DNA of 49,193 nt, taken from the IMG/VR virus record IMGVR_UViG_3300045988_148039. One strand, written 5' to 3'. Source of the stretch: a virus. Taxonomy: Duplodnaviria; Heunggongvirae; Uroviricota; Caudoviricetes. The notes under the pieces are model-generated. The model ran no database searches. It was not told the origin of the DNA and saw only the letters and a list, made by a program, of their open reading frames with translations. Positions 19,115 to 27,640 of this stretch are shown here, one piece after another; the stretch's first letter is position 1; every line of letters begins with the position of its first letter. The position numbers and the translations under genes were made by a program.

Positions 19115-19515
19115 TTGGTATCCCCTGGTACTTCACCAAGACTAAGATCAAACCCAATTTCGTCTTTAACTGACTGCGGCAACAGCTCCCACGTCTGCGC
19201 ACACAAAAACTCATCGGTGCCATAACGCTCAACAAAGCGAGCACAATTACTCAGGGGAGGGTGACGAACGGCAATATGCGGAGGCACGCGCCCACCACCA
19301 GGCACAACACCGCGATGATGTGGTGCGCACAATCCAAAGCTATGGAAGTGGCAATTCTCATCAACGCTGCCGTAATCAGGATCGTGATGCAGCTCCGTCC
19401 ACAGCTCTGGATTCTCAATTTCACGACCATCAATAATGCAAGCTATGCAACCCACGTGAGTGAGCACCGCTTGTATATAAAGTTTCTCTTTCTTCGTTGG
19501 TGTACGTCCGTTCAT
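19111..19515 (-). CDS. Hypothetical Cys/His-rich protein (possible nuclease)
   Basis: 134 aa with His/Cys clusters (CHFHSFGLCAPHHRG). Confidence 0.4.
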   Translation of the reverse strand: MNGRTPTKKEKLYIQAVLTHVGCIACIIDGREIENPELWTELHHDPDYGSVDENCHFHSFGLCAPHHRGVVPGGGRVPPHIAVRHPPLSNCARFVERYGTDEFLCAQTWELLPQSVKDEIGFDLSLGEVPGDTK

Positions 19516-19748
19516 CAGCGCCCCTTACCATTGATAAAGAGGTTGAACTCGTTGATTAACTGGACATACATGCTTCTGGCCGCGTAGTTCTTTGCCAGCT
19601 CTTTACGGGATGAGATCCCGCAAAACTCACGCAGAATCACAGAGGCCTCAGAACTGTTTGAAATGTTCTTCCCTGTTTTACTGGTCAGAAAGCGCCAGAA
19701 TTGGGGATTCTGGCAATGCATCGCAGCACCGCGAACATAACCACTCAT
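19515..19748 (-). CDS. Hypothetical small protein
   Basis: 77-aa ORF, co-oriented. Confidence 0.35.
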   Translation of the reverse strand: MSGYVRGAAMHCQNPQFWRFLTSKTGKNISNSSEASVILREFCGISSRKELAKNYAARSMYVQLINEFNLFINGKGR

Positions 19749-20260
19749 TGATGGCCCCCGTCATTTCTGGTGCTTTTCACCGTGCGGCTGCTTAAAAACC
19801 TGCCATTACGAGAAACAGACACATCTCGTTTACCCAACCTCATTTCACGGCGGTAACATTCAGAAAATGCCTCGTCCGGCAGCATATAAATGCGACGCTT
19901 CGCCTCCGTATCCAGAAGAGAACGGCTTGGGGTTACATATAAAAACGACTCATCAATAGGGATAAAACCACGAGCAAGAATTGCTGGCAGAATGCCAGGA
20001 AGAACGCAGAAAACAGCTCCACGATGCAGCAACATCTTGTACTCCATGACCTCCGTTATCCCCGTGACGACTGTTACGGTGTCACGTCTGTTACGGCTGG
20101 CAACCAGTCGCTGCACACGTCCAATTTTCTGCTCTACAGATAGACGTTTACTATCGTTATCAATATGATCGATAACAAATCCTTTAATCGTTTGATCAAG
20201 GTAGTGCACCACCTGCGATTGAATCTGGTGATTATCACCAAAGAAGGCCAGAATCATCAT
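19745..20260 (-). CDS. Hypothetical protein
   Basis: 171-aa ORF immediately downstream of the Cro-like gene. Confidence 0.4.
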   Translation of the reverse strand: MMILAFFGDNHQIQSQVVHYLDQTIKGFVIDHIDNDSKRLSVEQKIGRVQRLVASRNRRDTVTVVTGITEVMEYKMLLHRGAVFCVLPGILPAILARGFIPIDESFLYVTPSRSLLDTEAKRRIYMLPDEAFSECYRREMRLGKRDVSVSRNGRFLSSRTVKSTRNDGGHQ

Positions 20261-20751
20261 TCCTCAAGCCTCCCAAGTGCTGAACGCCGGGCGTTGCTAA
20301 TCTCCTTATGAATCAGCTCGATATCGCTGGAATCTTTATTCTTAAACTCCAGCACGGCAATCGCATCACGAACCTCTGAAACGGTTACGTGTGAGTGTTT
20401 CCAGCGAGCAATGAATCGCGGACCGCGTAGATTGCAACGCTCCGCAGGCATCCCCAGCTCAGAGAAAACCGCTTTCAGCCTTGATAAGCAGTTAACAGGG
20501 AGATTCCCTTTGATCTTGTTCTGCCGAACCGATGTGCCATCGCTACGCTGGCGCTGACGTTCGGCAAAATCTGCCGCCCATTGCTGGACGTTAATCCGGC
20601 CTTCCGAATACGCCACCAGCAGCGTCAGGTTATCCGCACGAGGGAATCTCTCGAAGCGATACCAGGCACCAATCAGTGATGACGTAAAGCCAAACTTTCT
20701 GGCAACACCAATTTGGCCTCCATTTTCGTCAACCCACTCCTGAAAGGTCAT
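20257..20751 (-). CDS. Cro/CI-type HTH regulator, divergent from the cI-like repressor
   Basis: 164 aa; N-terminal HTH-like segment; transcribed divergently across the operator region. Confidence 0.55.
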   Translation of the reverse strand: MTFQEWVDENGGQIGVARKFGFTSSLIGAWYRFERFPRADNLTLLVAYSEGRINVQQWAADFAERQRQRSDGTSVRQNKIKGNLPVNCLSRLKAVFSELGMPAERCNLRGPRFIARWKHSHVTVSEVRDAIAVLEFKNKDSSDIELIHKEISNARRSALGRLEE

Positions 20752-20770
20752 TTAACGAACTCCAGTTAAA

Positions 20771-20888
20771 ACCACGATATGTGGTATTAAAACCACATAT
20801 CGTGAGTTTTTCAATGGGCGAAACAAAAAATAACCTTCTATTTGTGGTCCACCTCTCGTCTTACCATGTGAAAACCACTAAATGTGGT
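20771..20888. promoter_or_regulatory. Immunity operator region with ACCAC-N5-GTGGT palindromes
   Basis: ACCACGATATGTGGT (20771..20785), a 13-bp perfect inverted repeat CACGATATGTGGT/ACCACATATCGTG with 6-bp spacer (20773..20804), and ACCACTAAATGTGGT (20874..20888). Confidence 0.6.
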
Positions 20889-20925
20889 AATGTATAAATA
20901 ACCCACCATTCACGATTGATGAGAC

Positions 20926-21582
20926 ATGAAAAGCAACGACGAGAACATCAAGAAAGAAATAGGTCTGCGCATTCAGACTCTACGGAAACAATCCGGCATG
21001 ACTGCCGGAGATCTCCAGCAAGTCACTGGAATAGGCTTAAGCACCTTGCAGAACTATGAGGCCGGATTAAGACAACCATCTATACCTGCCATCAAGAAAA
21101 TCGCGCACGCCCTGAAAGCATCAGCGCCTTATATCGCGTGCTTAACAGATAACCCGTTCCTACCCCAGAATACTAACGCTCCTGTTATTCCTGGGCTTGT
21201 AGCTATAAAAAATGACATAGCATCGCACGCCGGAGAAAAGCCAGTGCTGGCGATAGAACAGGAGATTCTACGAAGCAAGAACATCAACCCATCGTCTCTG
21301 TCAGTTCTCCAGAGCAACGATGAGTTAATGTCACCAACAATATCCCCTGGCTCCCAAGTCCTGATTAATACAGACGATACAGAGATTCATGAGGGGATCT
21401 ATGCCCTTGAAGACAGAAATGGCCTGGTTGTTTTGAGGCACTGTAGAGTCATACCGGGTGACAATGCTGTTATGCTGTCAACCGAAAGGGATGCTGAAAT
21501 GAACACTAAGCATCTGAATAACGAGGAATTTAAGCGTTATAAAGTTCTTGGCCGCGTAGTTAGTGTTGTCAACTGGTTATGA
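20926..21582 (+). CDS. cI-like repressor (N-terminal XRE HTH, C-terminal LexA/S24-like autocleavage domain)
   Basis: 218 aa; HTH segment GMTAGDLQQVTGIGLSTLQNYEAG; S24-like C-terminal region with candidate Ser (ELMSPT) and Lys (KRYKVLGRV). Confidence 0.75.
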   Translation: MKSNDENIKKEIGLRIQTLRKQSGMTAGDLQQVTGIGLSTLQNYEAGLRQPSIPAIKKIAHALKASAPYIACLTDNPFLPQNTNAPVIPGLVAIKNDIASHAGEKPVLAIEQEILRSKNINPSSLSVLQSNDELMSPTISPGSQVLINTDDTEIHEGIYALEDRNGLVVLRHCRVIPGDNAVMLSTERDAEMNTKHLNNEEFKRYKVLGRVVSVVNWL

Positions 21583-21624
21583 TACACAGCACGGCGAAAG
21601 CCGTGCATTTCTACGCTCAAAAAA

Positions 21625-21639
21625 ACCACATTTTGTGGT
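21625..21639. promoter_or_regulatory. Additional ACCACATTTTGTGGT operator next to a TTGACA -35 element
   Basis: Read directly, downstream of a CACGGC-gaaa-GCCGTG hairpin that follows the cI stop. Confidence 0.5.
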
Positions 21640-21674
21640 TTTGACAACATGTAAAAGTATAAAAGAGGCTACGC

Positions 21675-22049
21675 ATGGAATTACATACAGCCAATAAAAA
21701 CGAAACTCTGATCACTGCTGGAATCGAAATCCAAGCGTTGAACATAGCGATTGAGTGTATGTTATGCCAAATCATTGATAATGAAAAAGATATCGACTGG
21801 ATAGAATCTATCCTTCATCTGGCATCAGAACAAAAAGTCTGCCTCAAAACGGCCTTACAATACGATGTGCCAGCGGTATCGAAGCTGTGCCAGCCATTGA
21901 TGGCATATAACAGGGCTATTATTTCTGTATGCCTCATGATTCTTGATGAAAACACCCCTCTTAGCGACCGCTCAGAAGCTGCTCTAACACTCTCACGTAA
22001 ACAGCGACAGCTAGCAAATCAACTGATATCAACGATAGCTGACCTCTGA
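21675..22049 (+). CDS. Hypothetical protein downstream of cI
   Basis: 124-aa ORF with an AGAGG RBS. Confidence 0.4.
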   Translation: MELHTANKNETLITAGIEIQALNIAIECMLCQIIDNEKDIDWIESILHLASEQKVCLKTALQYDVPAVSKLCQPLMAYNRAIISVCLMILDENTPLSDRSEAALTLSRKQRQLANQLISTIADL

Positions 22050-22075
22050 CTGAAAGCGGGCTAACGCCCGCTTAT

Positions 22076-22180
22076 ATGATTATAGATTTATATAATTATA
22101 TAAAACGCTTTTCATCCGCCAAAAAGTTGGTTATGCTTACCTCGTTCTATAAATATAGATTTATAGAATTATATAACCAA
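22076..22180. promoter_or_regulatory. Two AT-rich palindromic motif copies upstream of the ParA-type gene (candidate centromere/operator)
   Basis: TTATAGATTTATATAATTATATAA and TCTATAAATATAGATTTATAGAATTATATAA read directly. Confidence 0.5.
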
Positions 22181-22184
22181 ACAC

Positions 22185-22853
22185 ATGGAGTCTCGACAAA
22201 TGACTATCTCTGTAGGTATTTTCAACGGAAAAGGCGGCGTAACCAAATCAACAATTGCCCGTGCTTTAGCAGTTGCTTATGCAAAGGCCGGCTGGAATGT
22301 ATGCCTGATCGATATGGATGTGCTTAACGGAACGGTAACGCGTTGGGTACAACGCAGAATGGCCAACAATATCGAACCTGCAATCGCGGCGCAGCCGTGC
22401 GGCACGCCATCACAAGTCCAGAAAATCATCGAATCAGAAGTATACGACCTGGTTATCGTCGATGGCGGTGCCTACGCATCTGAATCAGTACCGAAGCTCT
22501 CTGAATTTCTGGATATGGTTATTTTGCCAACCAGATTCTCTACCGATGACCTGGAAACCACCGTTAACACAGCTCATGGCATCGTTAAAAAGGGTGTGCC
22601 AATCAAGAAAATTTGCATGGTGTTCTCAGGCGCGGCTGAAAACGAAGCCGACTACATTGAAGCCCAAGAGTACCTGGCTAATACGCCATACTTTGTTGTC
22701 GATAAGTACATTCCCCACAAGCCAGCTCTGAGCAAAGCTCAGGATAAGGGCTTAAGCCTCATTGAATGCTCATACGTTGCGCCACGCAAAAAGGCAGACG
22801 ACGTTATTCAGGGGATTATCAACCAGCTTGAGGCTCTGACTACTGCCGCGTAA
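22185..22853 (+). CDS. ParA/ParF-type partition ATPase
   Basis: 222 aa with deviant Walker A NGKGGVTKST. Confidence 0.75.
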   Translation: MESRQMTISVGIFNGKGGVTKSTIARALAVAYAKAGWNVCLIDMDVLNGTVTRWVQRRMANNIEPAIAAQPCGTPSQVQKIIESEVYDLVIVDGGAYASESVPKLSEFLDMVILPTRFSTDDLETTVNTAHGIVKKGVPIKKICMVFSGAAENEADYIEAQEYLANTPYFVVDKYIPHKPALSKAQDKGLSLIECSYVAPRKKADDVIQGIINQLEALTTAA

Positions 22854-22854
22854 T

Positions 22855-22893
22855 ATATAATTATAGTTTTATAGATTTATATAAGAGGGGATA
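22855..22893. promoter_or_regulatory. AT-rich palindromic motif copy between the ParA-type and RHH genes
   Basis: TAATATATAATTATAGTTTTATAGATTTATATAA read directly. Confidence 0.45.
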
Positions 22894-22896
22894 CAC

Positions 22897-23145
22897 ATGG
22901 CCGCACCATCAAAACCACCAAAGAAGAACAGCAAAGGCGTACCGCCATCGATCGAACAACCGCAGGTTTTCGACCCGACTGAAACGCCAGCCAGAACCAA
23001 ATCAGGTGGGGCACAAATGGCGTTTAACGTCGACCCTGAATTTAAACGCGAGTACAAAACGTTCGCCAGCTCAATGGATATGTCATTGAAAGAAGTGCTG
23101 ACAAAATCTTTTGAGTTACTCAAGGCTCAATACAACCAGAAGTAA
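22897..23145 (+). CDS. Ribbon-helix-helix DNA-binding protein (ParG-like partner of the ATPase)
   Basis: 82 aa: Lys/Pro-rich N-terminal tail then RHH-like C-terminus; immediately downstream of the ATPase gene. Confidence 0.5.
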   Translation: MAAPSKPPKKNSKGVPPSIEQPQVFDPTETPARTKSGGAQMAFNVDPEFKREYKTFASSMDMSLKEVLTKSFELLKAQYNQK

Positions 23146-23174
23146 GAGAAGGTGACGGCCTCCAGCGCCAACTG

Positions 23175-23357
23175 TTGGCCGTCGCGACACAACAAGGGGA
23201 ATTTGTTATGTCCGAGCAACAATATACACGGTTACTGAAAACTCGTCTAACCGACCTCAAACGGCTGCAAGCTGGTCGCTTATTTGCCCTGCTATCCACC
23301 AGGCCAGAATGGGTACGTGAAGCAGTTCTGAAAGGCTTAATGCGCTCCAGCGTTTAA
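23175..23357 (+). CDS. Hypothetical small protein
   Basis: 60-aa ORF. Confidence 0.3.
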   Translation: MAVATQQGEFVMSEQQYTRLLKTRLTDLKRLQAGRLFALLSTRPEWVREAVLKGLMRSSV

Positions 23358-23366
23358 ATTCAACCA

Positions 23367-23389
23367 TAAAAAAGGCCCCCGAAGGGGCC
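23367..23389 (-). terminator. Rho-independent terminator (GGCCCC-GAA-GGGGCC with run of T on the minus strand)
   Basis: Perfect GC hairpin preceded on the plus strand by AAAAAAA; read directly. Confidence 0.6.
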
Positions 23390-23395
23390 TAATCG

Positions 23396-23518
23396 CTACT
23401 TGCTGCTAATGTTTATCGTCACATTCAGAGCGTTATCAGTAATCTTCCAACCCTCCCCATGTGGCGTAAACAAAGCTCCAGTAACAACGATAAAAATACA
23501 CATACAGTATTTTTTCAT
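23396..23518 (-). CDS. Small hydrophobic peptide (about 40 aa)
   Basis: Internal ATG at 23518 gives MKKYCMCIFIVVTGALFTPHGEGWKITDNALNVTINISSK; terminator immediately downstream. Confidence 0.3.
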   Translation of the reverse strand: MKKYCMCIFIVVTGALFTPHGEGWKITDNALNVTINISSK

Positions 23519-23916
23519 TGTATGGCCCTTACAGGCCGTTTCACGGCATCCCCACCGACGAAAACAACGCGAGAGCAAGCACGGCTGCTTGTGCTTGCAT
23601 GTACGGCAACGGAGAATCCTCCCCTAAAGTCGGTGCCCGGGTGCGAATCGGCGGGAAGGTCCACAGGTATTTTACGATTATTTTAAGATTAGTAATAGGA
23701 AAGAAATTAAACGAAAAAACTCGTTTATTTTCACAAAATCAGTAACCTACCCACAATCTGTGAGTTTGCAGGCACAACAAGAACCACAATTTTTTGAAGC
23801 ATAATAGTGGACTATTATTACCTTTTGGGTAAAATTAACTTGCTGCTTGTGCTTGCGTGGTTGTTTATACAACAACGTAATGCTGAAAGGACCGCGAATC
23901 CGATCAGCACGAAAGA

Positions 23917-23943
23917 ACCGTCCTCAATAGGGCGGTTTTTTTG
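23917..23943 (+). terminator. Rho-independent terminator-like hairpin (ACCGTCCT-caat-AGGGCGGT then T7)
   Basis: Read directly in an ORF-poor region upstream of the antirepressor. Confidence 0.45.
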
Positions 23944-24034
23944 TTTCTGCCTACCAATAAACCCACGCTATGTGGTTGTCTCTGTTAAAATCCCGCCGTA
24001 TTGACATGAATGCGCCATTGGTGGACACTTTCCG

Positions 24035-24110
24035 AGCCGTAGCAAAATCTACGGTCGGGATTAGCCTCCTGAATAACACGATGGCGCATACCGCGTTAGC
24101 GGTTTTTTTA
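24035..24110 (+). ncRNA. Candidate small antisense RNA (immI/C4-like position upstream of the antirepressor)
   Basis: TTGACA at 24001..24006; about 75 nt with hairpin CCGTAG-caaaatc-TACGG and a 3' hairpin plus T-run at 24090..24109; GATTAGCCTC at 24058 recurs at 24224 next to the following ORF. Confidence 0.3.
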
Positions 24111-24235
24111 TGCGTAGAGCACTGTTACGCCCAAATTATGGTGGGTCGTACAGGGGCGGAGAAATCCGCGCCGGTTCGTCATTGTGTCCGGTAAGGCTAA
24201 CCCTGTACGGCTCACCACCATTTGATTAGCCTCGA

Positions 24236-24463
24236 ATGGCGGTGATAGTTCCATATACTGGAGATATCACAATGACAAACCTACCCCATGACTATTACGT
24301 CAACCTCGTAAAGATCCTTCTCAAGAAAGCCTCATACGCCGATAAATTCCGCCTGGCTGAAATCATCGAGCGCGAAGCTATGCGCATCGCCAGCAACGAT
24401 AACGCTGTTTCTGACGCAAAAATCTCCCTCGTAACCAAAGTAGTTATGGGAGGTGCAAAATGA
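24236..24463 (+). CDS. Small protein upstream of and overlapping the antirepressor start
   Basis: 75-aa ORF; stop overlaps the antirepressor ATG. Confidence 0.35.
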   Translation: MAVIVPYTGDITMTNLPHDYYVNLVKILLKKASYADKFRLAEIIEREAMRIASNDNAVSDAKISLVTKVVMGGAK

Positions 24464-25611
24464 AAACGCTTCGGACCGTTAACACCCTACAGCCTATCCT
24501 GCATAATCAGATTCCAGTAATCACAACTGAGCTACTCGCCCGCCTTTATGGAACAGAAGCAATCCGTATACAGCAAAATCACCATGAAAATAAAACTCGG
24601 TTCATTGAGGGGAAGCACTTCTTTAAAGCTGTTGGTGATGAACTCAAAAATTTGCGACTAGTTTTAAACGAGTCACAAAATGAGGTACAAATTTCCCCCA
24701 AAACTCGCTCTCTCATCCTCTGGACAGAACGTGGGGCTGCACGTCACGCTAAAATGCTCGAAACCGATCAGGCGTGGGATGTGTTCGAACGTCTGGAAGA
24801 CTGCTATTTCAGCCAGAACGCGCAAACGGCCGCGACCGTAACCGTCTCACCAAACAATGCTCGTGAGGTTGTCGATACGCTCAACGCCAAACCAATGTAT
24901 TACGTTAAGGTGTGCAACAACGAGCCACTCACAACCTCAGCCGATGTTGCCCAAGCATTCAGCACCACAAACAATTCCATCGTTATGGCCATCGATGCGT
25001 TACGCATTCCTCGCACGGCTGCGGCGCGTCACTTCTTTAAAGAACAACGACCGCTGGAAGGAAGCGACCGCGAAATAACAATCTATCGCATGACAAAAGA
25101 CGGATTTACCTTGCTCATGGAGAGTATCGACGGTCCAGGCGTGAAAGATATCAAGCTGGCCTACATTGAAGCCTTTAACGCTATCAGCAGCGTGTTAAAA
25201 ACACAGTACGAGCGTGATCTGGCTAAACGACTGTACCAGGAAAAAACGATTATCCGCGCGGCAACAGAGCATAATCGGCTATTAACGGAACCGAACTACA
25301 GGAAGGAACTAATAAAGGAGTTTGACAAGGCAACAGGGAAAACCAAAGCGGCGCTAAATCTGCCAGCAATGACTCAGGAAAATGTGATATCAGCCTTACT
25401 TCTTGATCTGCTCAGAAACGCCAGAGCACTTATCAGCTTTGACGAAAATCTGAACCCTCAGCTCAAACTACTACCACCGACAGGCAAAGTAGTCGACCAA
25501 GCTGATCACAACAGCATACTCAGCGTACTGGATGCAAACCTGCCAGCCAAGACACTACAGGAACTGATAAAAATATCTGCGGATAAACTGGCCGCAGGTG
25601 CAAAACCATAA
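24460..25611 (+). CDS. Antirepressor-like protein
   Basis: 383 aa; domain assignment (KilA-N/ORF6N-like N-terminus, Rha-like middle) is from memory of those families. Confidence 0.6.
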   Translation: MKTLRTVNTLQPILHNQIPVITTELLARLYGTEAIRIQQNHHENKTRFIEGKHFFKAVGDELKNLRLVLNESQNEVQISPKTRSLILWTERGAARHAKMLETDQAWDVFERLEDCYFSQNAQTAATVTVSPNNAREVVDTLNAKPMYYVKVCNNEPLTTSADVAQAFSTTNNSIVMAIDALRIPRTAAARHFFKEQRPLEGSDREITIYRMTKDGFTLLMESIDGPGVKDIKLAYIEAFNAISSVLKTQYERDLAKRLYQEKTIIRAATEHNRLLTEPNYRKELIKEFDKATGKTKAALNLPAMTQENVISALLLDLLRNARALISFDENLNPQLKLLPPTGKVVDQADHNSILSVLDANLPAKTLQELIKISADKLAAGAKP

Positions 25612-25645
25612 AACAAAGCGCCCGATTTGGGCGCTTCTTCAATTC

Positions 25646-26281
25646 TTAATATTTCGGTGTAATCAGTAGCGATACATGCCCTGATTTGTCACGAGAAACG
25701 TAATACTCGCCTCTCTTAGTCTTGAACTCAGCTTTCTGCATATCAGATTTAACAATCTGCTCTAACTGCGCAATCACGGTGTCTCTTTCACTTGACGCAT
25801 CCAAGACTTCAACTGCTACGGCCATAGAAAGCAAGGAATCAGAGTTAGGCTTGGATACTCGCCATAATAACTCAGAAATCTTTCCATCCTTATCAACTCT
25901 AGCCCGACCGTTAACAGATGAGTTGATGGCAAATTCAACGGTGTTGTTACCTTGTTTAACAGACTTAATTCTTATAGTGGAGGTGGCTTTTCCTGATGTA
26001 GCGATGCCTTCAAGGTCATCATTATATAACTGCTTAAACTTATCTACGGTCACACCATCAAAAGCAGCTCCGGTGGTAGCCGTAGTGCTGGAGTCTTCTG
26101 GGATCAAGGTCACAGCCGCAAGAGTATTAACAACTACAAAAGTAGCAATCCCGAGAAAGCCACTCACTAAAACAGCTTTGAACCTACTACCAGAAGACGA
26201 GGCACATTGTTTCCGATATGCGCCACGAACTACGAAGAAACACAAAATCAGGCTAATAATAAACGCCACCAGCATCCCCAT
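25646..26281 (-). CDS. Membrane protein with two N-terminal transmembrane helices
   Basis: 211 aa; hydrophobic segments LVAFIISLILCFFVV and GFLGIATFVVVNTLAAVTLI, then a Ser/Thr-rich soluble domain. Confidence 0.5.
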   Translation of the reverse strand: MGMLVAFIISLILCFFVVRGAYRKQCASSSGSRFKAVLVSGFLGIATFVVVNTLAAVTLIPEDSSTTATTGAAFDGVTVDKFKQLYNDDLEGIATSGKATSTIRIKSVKQGNNTVEFAINSSVNGRARVDKDGKISELLWRVSKPNSDSLLSMAVAVEVLDASSERDTVIAQLEQIVKSDMQKAEFKTKRGEYYVSRDKSGHVSLLITPKY

Positions 26282-26343
26282 AGAAATCTCCTTTTAGATA
26301 TAAGGGTAAAGCAATATCGTATTAGATCTTCCTTTAGACACAA

Positions 26344-26357
26344 CCCCCCCTCCCCCC
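26344..26357. repeat. Homopolymeric tract CCCCCCCTCCCCCC
   Basis: Read directly, 63 to 76 bp upstream of the membrane-protein start codon. Confidence 0.8.
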
Positions 26358-26841
26358 ATACAGGGTGCCCTTTACCGGAGTTCCGGCCCCTTCTCAAAAG
26401 CATCAAAAAAAGCTCGAGATCGAGTACCGGAACTCATGCCACCAGATAGCTCCACATCGTTTCCAATGCTTCGCCGCCGTGTGCGCCCTGTGGCCCACAA
26501 TCATGCCATTGGTCGTCTGATATACCTTCTTCTGCTCATTGAGCACAGGCGAGTTGTCGCACTCCTGCCTTTCTCAGACTCGACTTAGTTTAGATCGCTG
26601 TTCCTGGCTTGCGTCAGCACACTTCCCCCTTGTACGCATACCCGCGCGCCACTTCGCCCAAAAACACCGAACCCAACGAAGTGGCAAAGACAACGACGCG
26701 AGCGTGAGTCTGAAATGGGCACCAGTAAAAAAGGGGTTGCAGGCGCAAAAAGATTTGATTATCTTTAGACGCAAGAAAGCCGCCCCAATCAAGAGGTGTC
26801 TTTTTAAATCCAGCCTACCAAGCAAGATTTAAATTTCAGAC

Positions 26842-26866
26842 TGAAAACCGCCCGGCAAGGCGGTTT
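26842..26866. terminator. Bidirectional terminator-like hairpin (AAAACCGCC-cggcaa-GGCGGTTTT)
   Basis: Perfect 9-bp stem flanked by an A-run and a T-run; downstream of the HTH gene. Confidence 0.6.
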
Positions 26867-26916
26867 TTGTCTTTCTGGCGCTTACATTACACCACCATAA
26901 AACGATCCGTAAAGGA

Positions 26917-27189
26917 TCATTTGATCCCTTGTTCCAATTCTGACGACACTTTAACCTTTTCCCATACAAGGGTTTGCAGCCTTAACAGAATCGCATCTTT
27001 ATCAAGGTGTGAAAGATCCTTAACCATATCGTCAAACGACAGAACGCGAATGGCCATCTCAATGACCCTCGGCGGCTCCCCCTTCTCATATCGCTTATAT
27101 GTAGCCAACGATATCCCAAATTCTTCGGCGGCTCGCTCCTGCGTCCAGTTCATCCCACGACGCCATAATTTCAATTCATAACCCGTCAT
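26917..27189 (-). CDS. XRE-family HTH regulator
   Basis: Start at ATG 27189 with GGAGG RBS; HTH segment WTQERAAEEFGISLATYKRYEKGE. Confidence 0.55.
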   Translation of the reverse strand: MTGYELKLWRRGMNWTQERAAEEFGISLATYKRYEKGEPPRVIEMAIRVLSFDDMVKDLSHLDKDAILLRLQTLVWEKVKVSSELEQGIK

Positions 27190-27218
27190 AGCATCCTCCG
27201 CGCACAATATTAACACTC

Positions 27219-27243
27219 GCAAAGTGTCAAAATGACACTTTGC
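27219..27243. promoter_or_regulatory. Perfect 11-bp inverted repeat GCAAAGTGTCA-aaa-TGACACTTTGC (candidate operator)
   Basis: Read directly about 30 bp upstream of the HTH gene start. Confidence 0.55.
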
Positions 27244-27252
27244 GCATTGTGT

Positions 27253-27633
27253 TTACTTAACGAGGAATAAAAATGGTTTATTGTTAGGCGGTGTAATCGG
27301 GGCTGGCTCGCTTTTGCTCATGCGATCAGTGTACCAGGCCAGCTCCTTGTCAAAGTAAGCCTGATTAAAATAGGCCATGAATGTAGTTTCAAATCCATAA
27401 CGACCGCTAATACGCAGCATCTGATTGCCGTTCTCTGTTTCCAGATATACCTGGGCACGTTCCTGATTCTCCTTCAGCCAGGTTAAAGCCTCGTCGCACG
27501 AGGACACACGATACTCATCATCGTAGCCGTCATCGATGCGGCTTGAAGAAGAACGGCAAATCACGCCAACAGAACCAGCCAGGATAGTTTGAATTTTAAG
27601 GAAAGCGTTTTTGCGGATTTTGATCATGCTCAT
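27253..27633 (-). CDS. Hypothetical protein (first gene behind repeat cassette C)
   Basis: 126-aa ORF; ATG preceded by GGAGA of the conserved leader. Confidence 0.45.
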   Translation of the reverse strand: MSMIKIRKNAFLKIQTILAGSVGVICRSSSSRIDDGYDDEYRVSSCDEALTWLKENQERAQVYLETENGNQMLRISGRYGFETTFMAYFNQAYFDKELAWYTDRMSKSEPAPITPPNNKPFLFLVK

Positions 27634-27640
27634 CGGGTTT

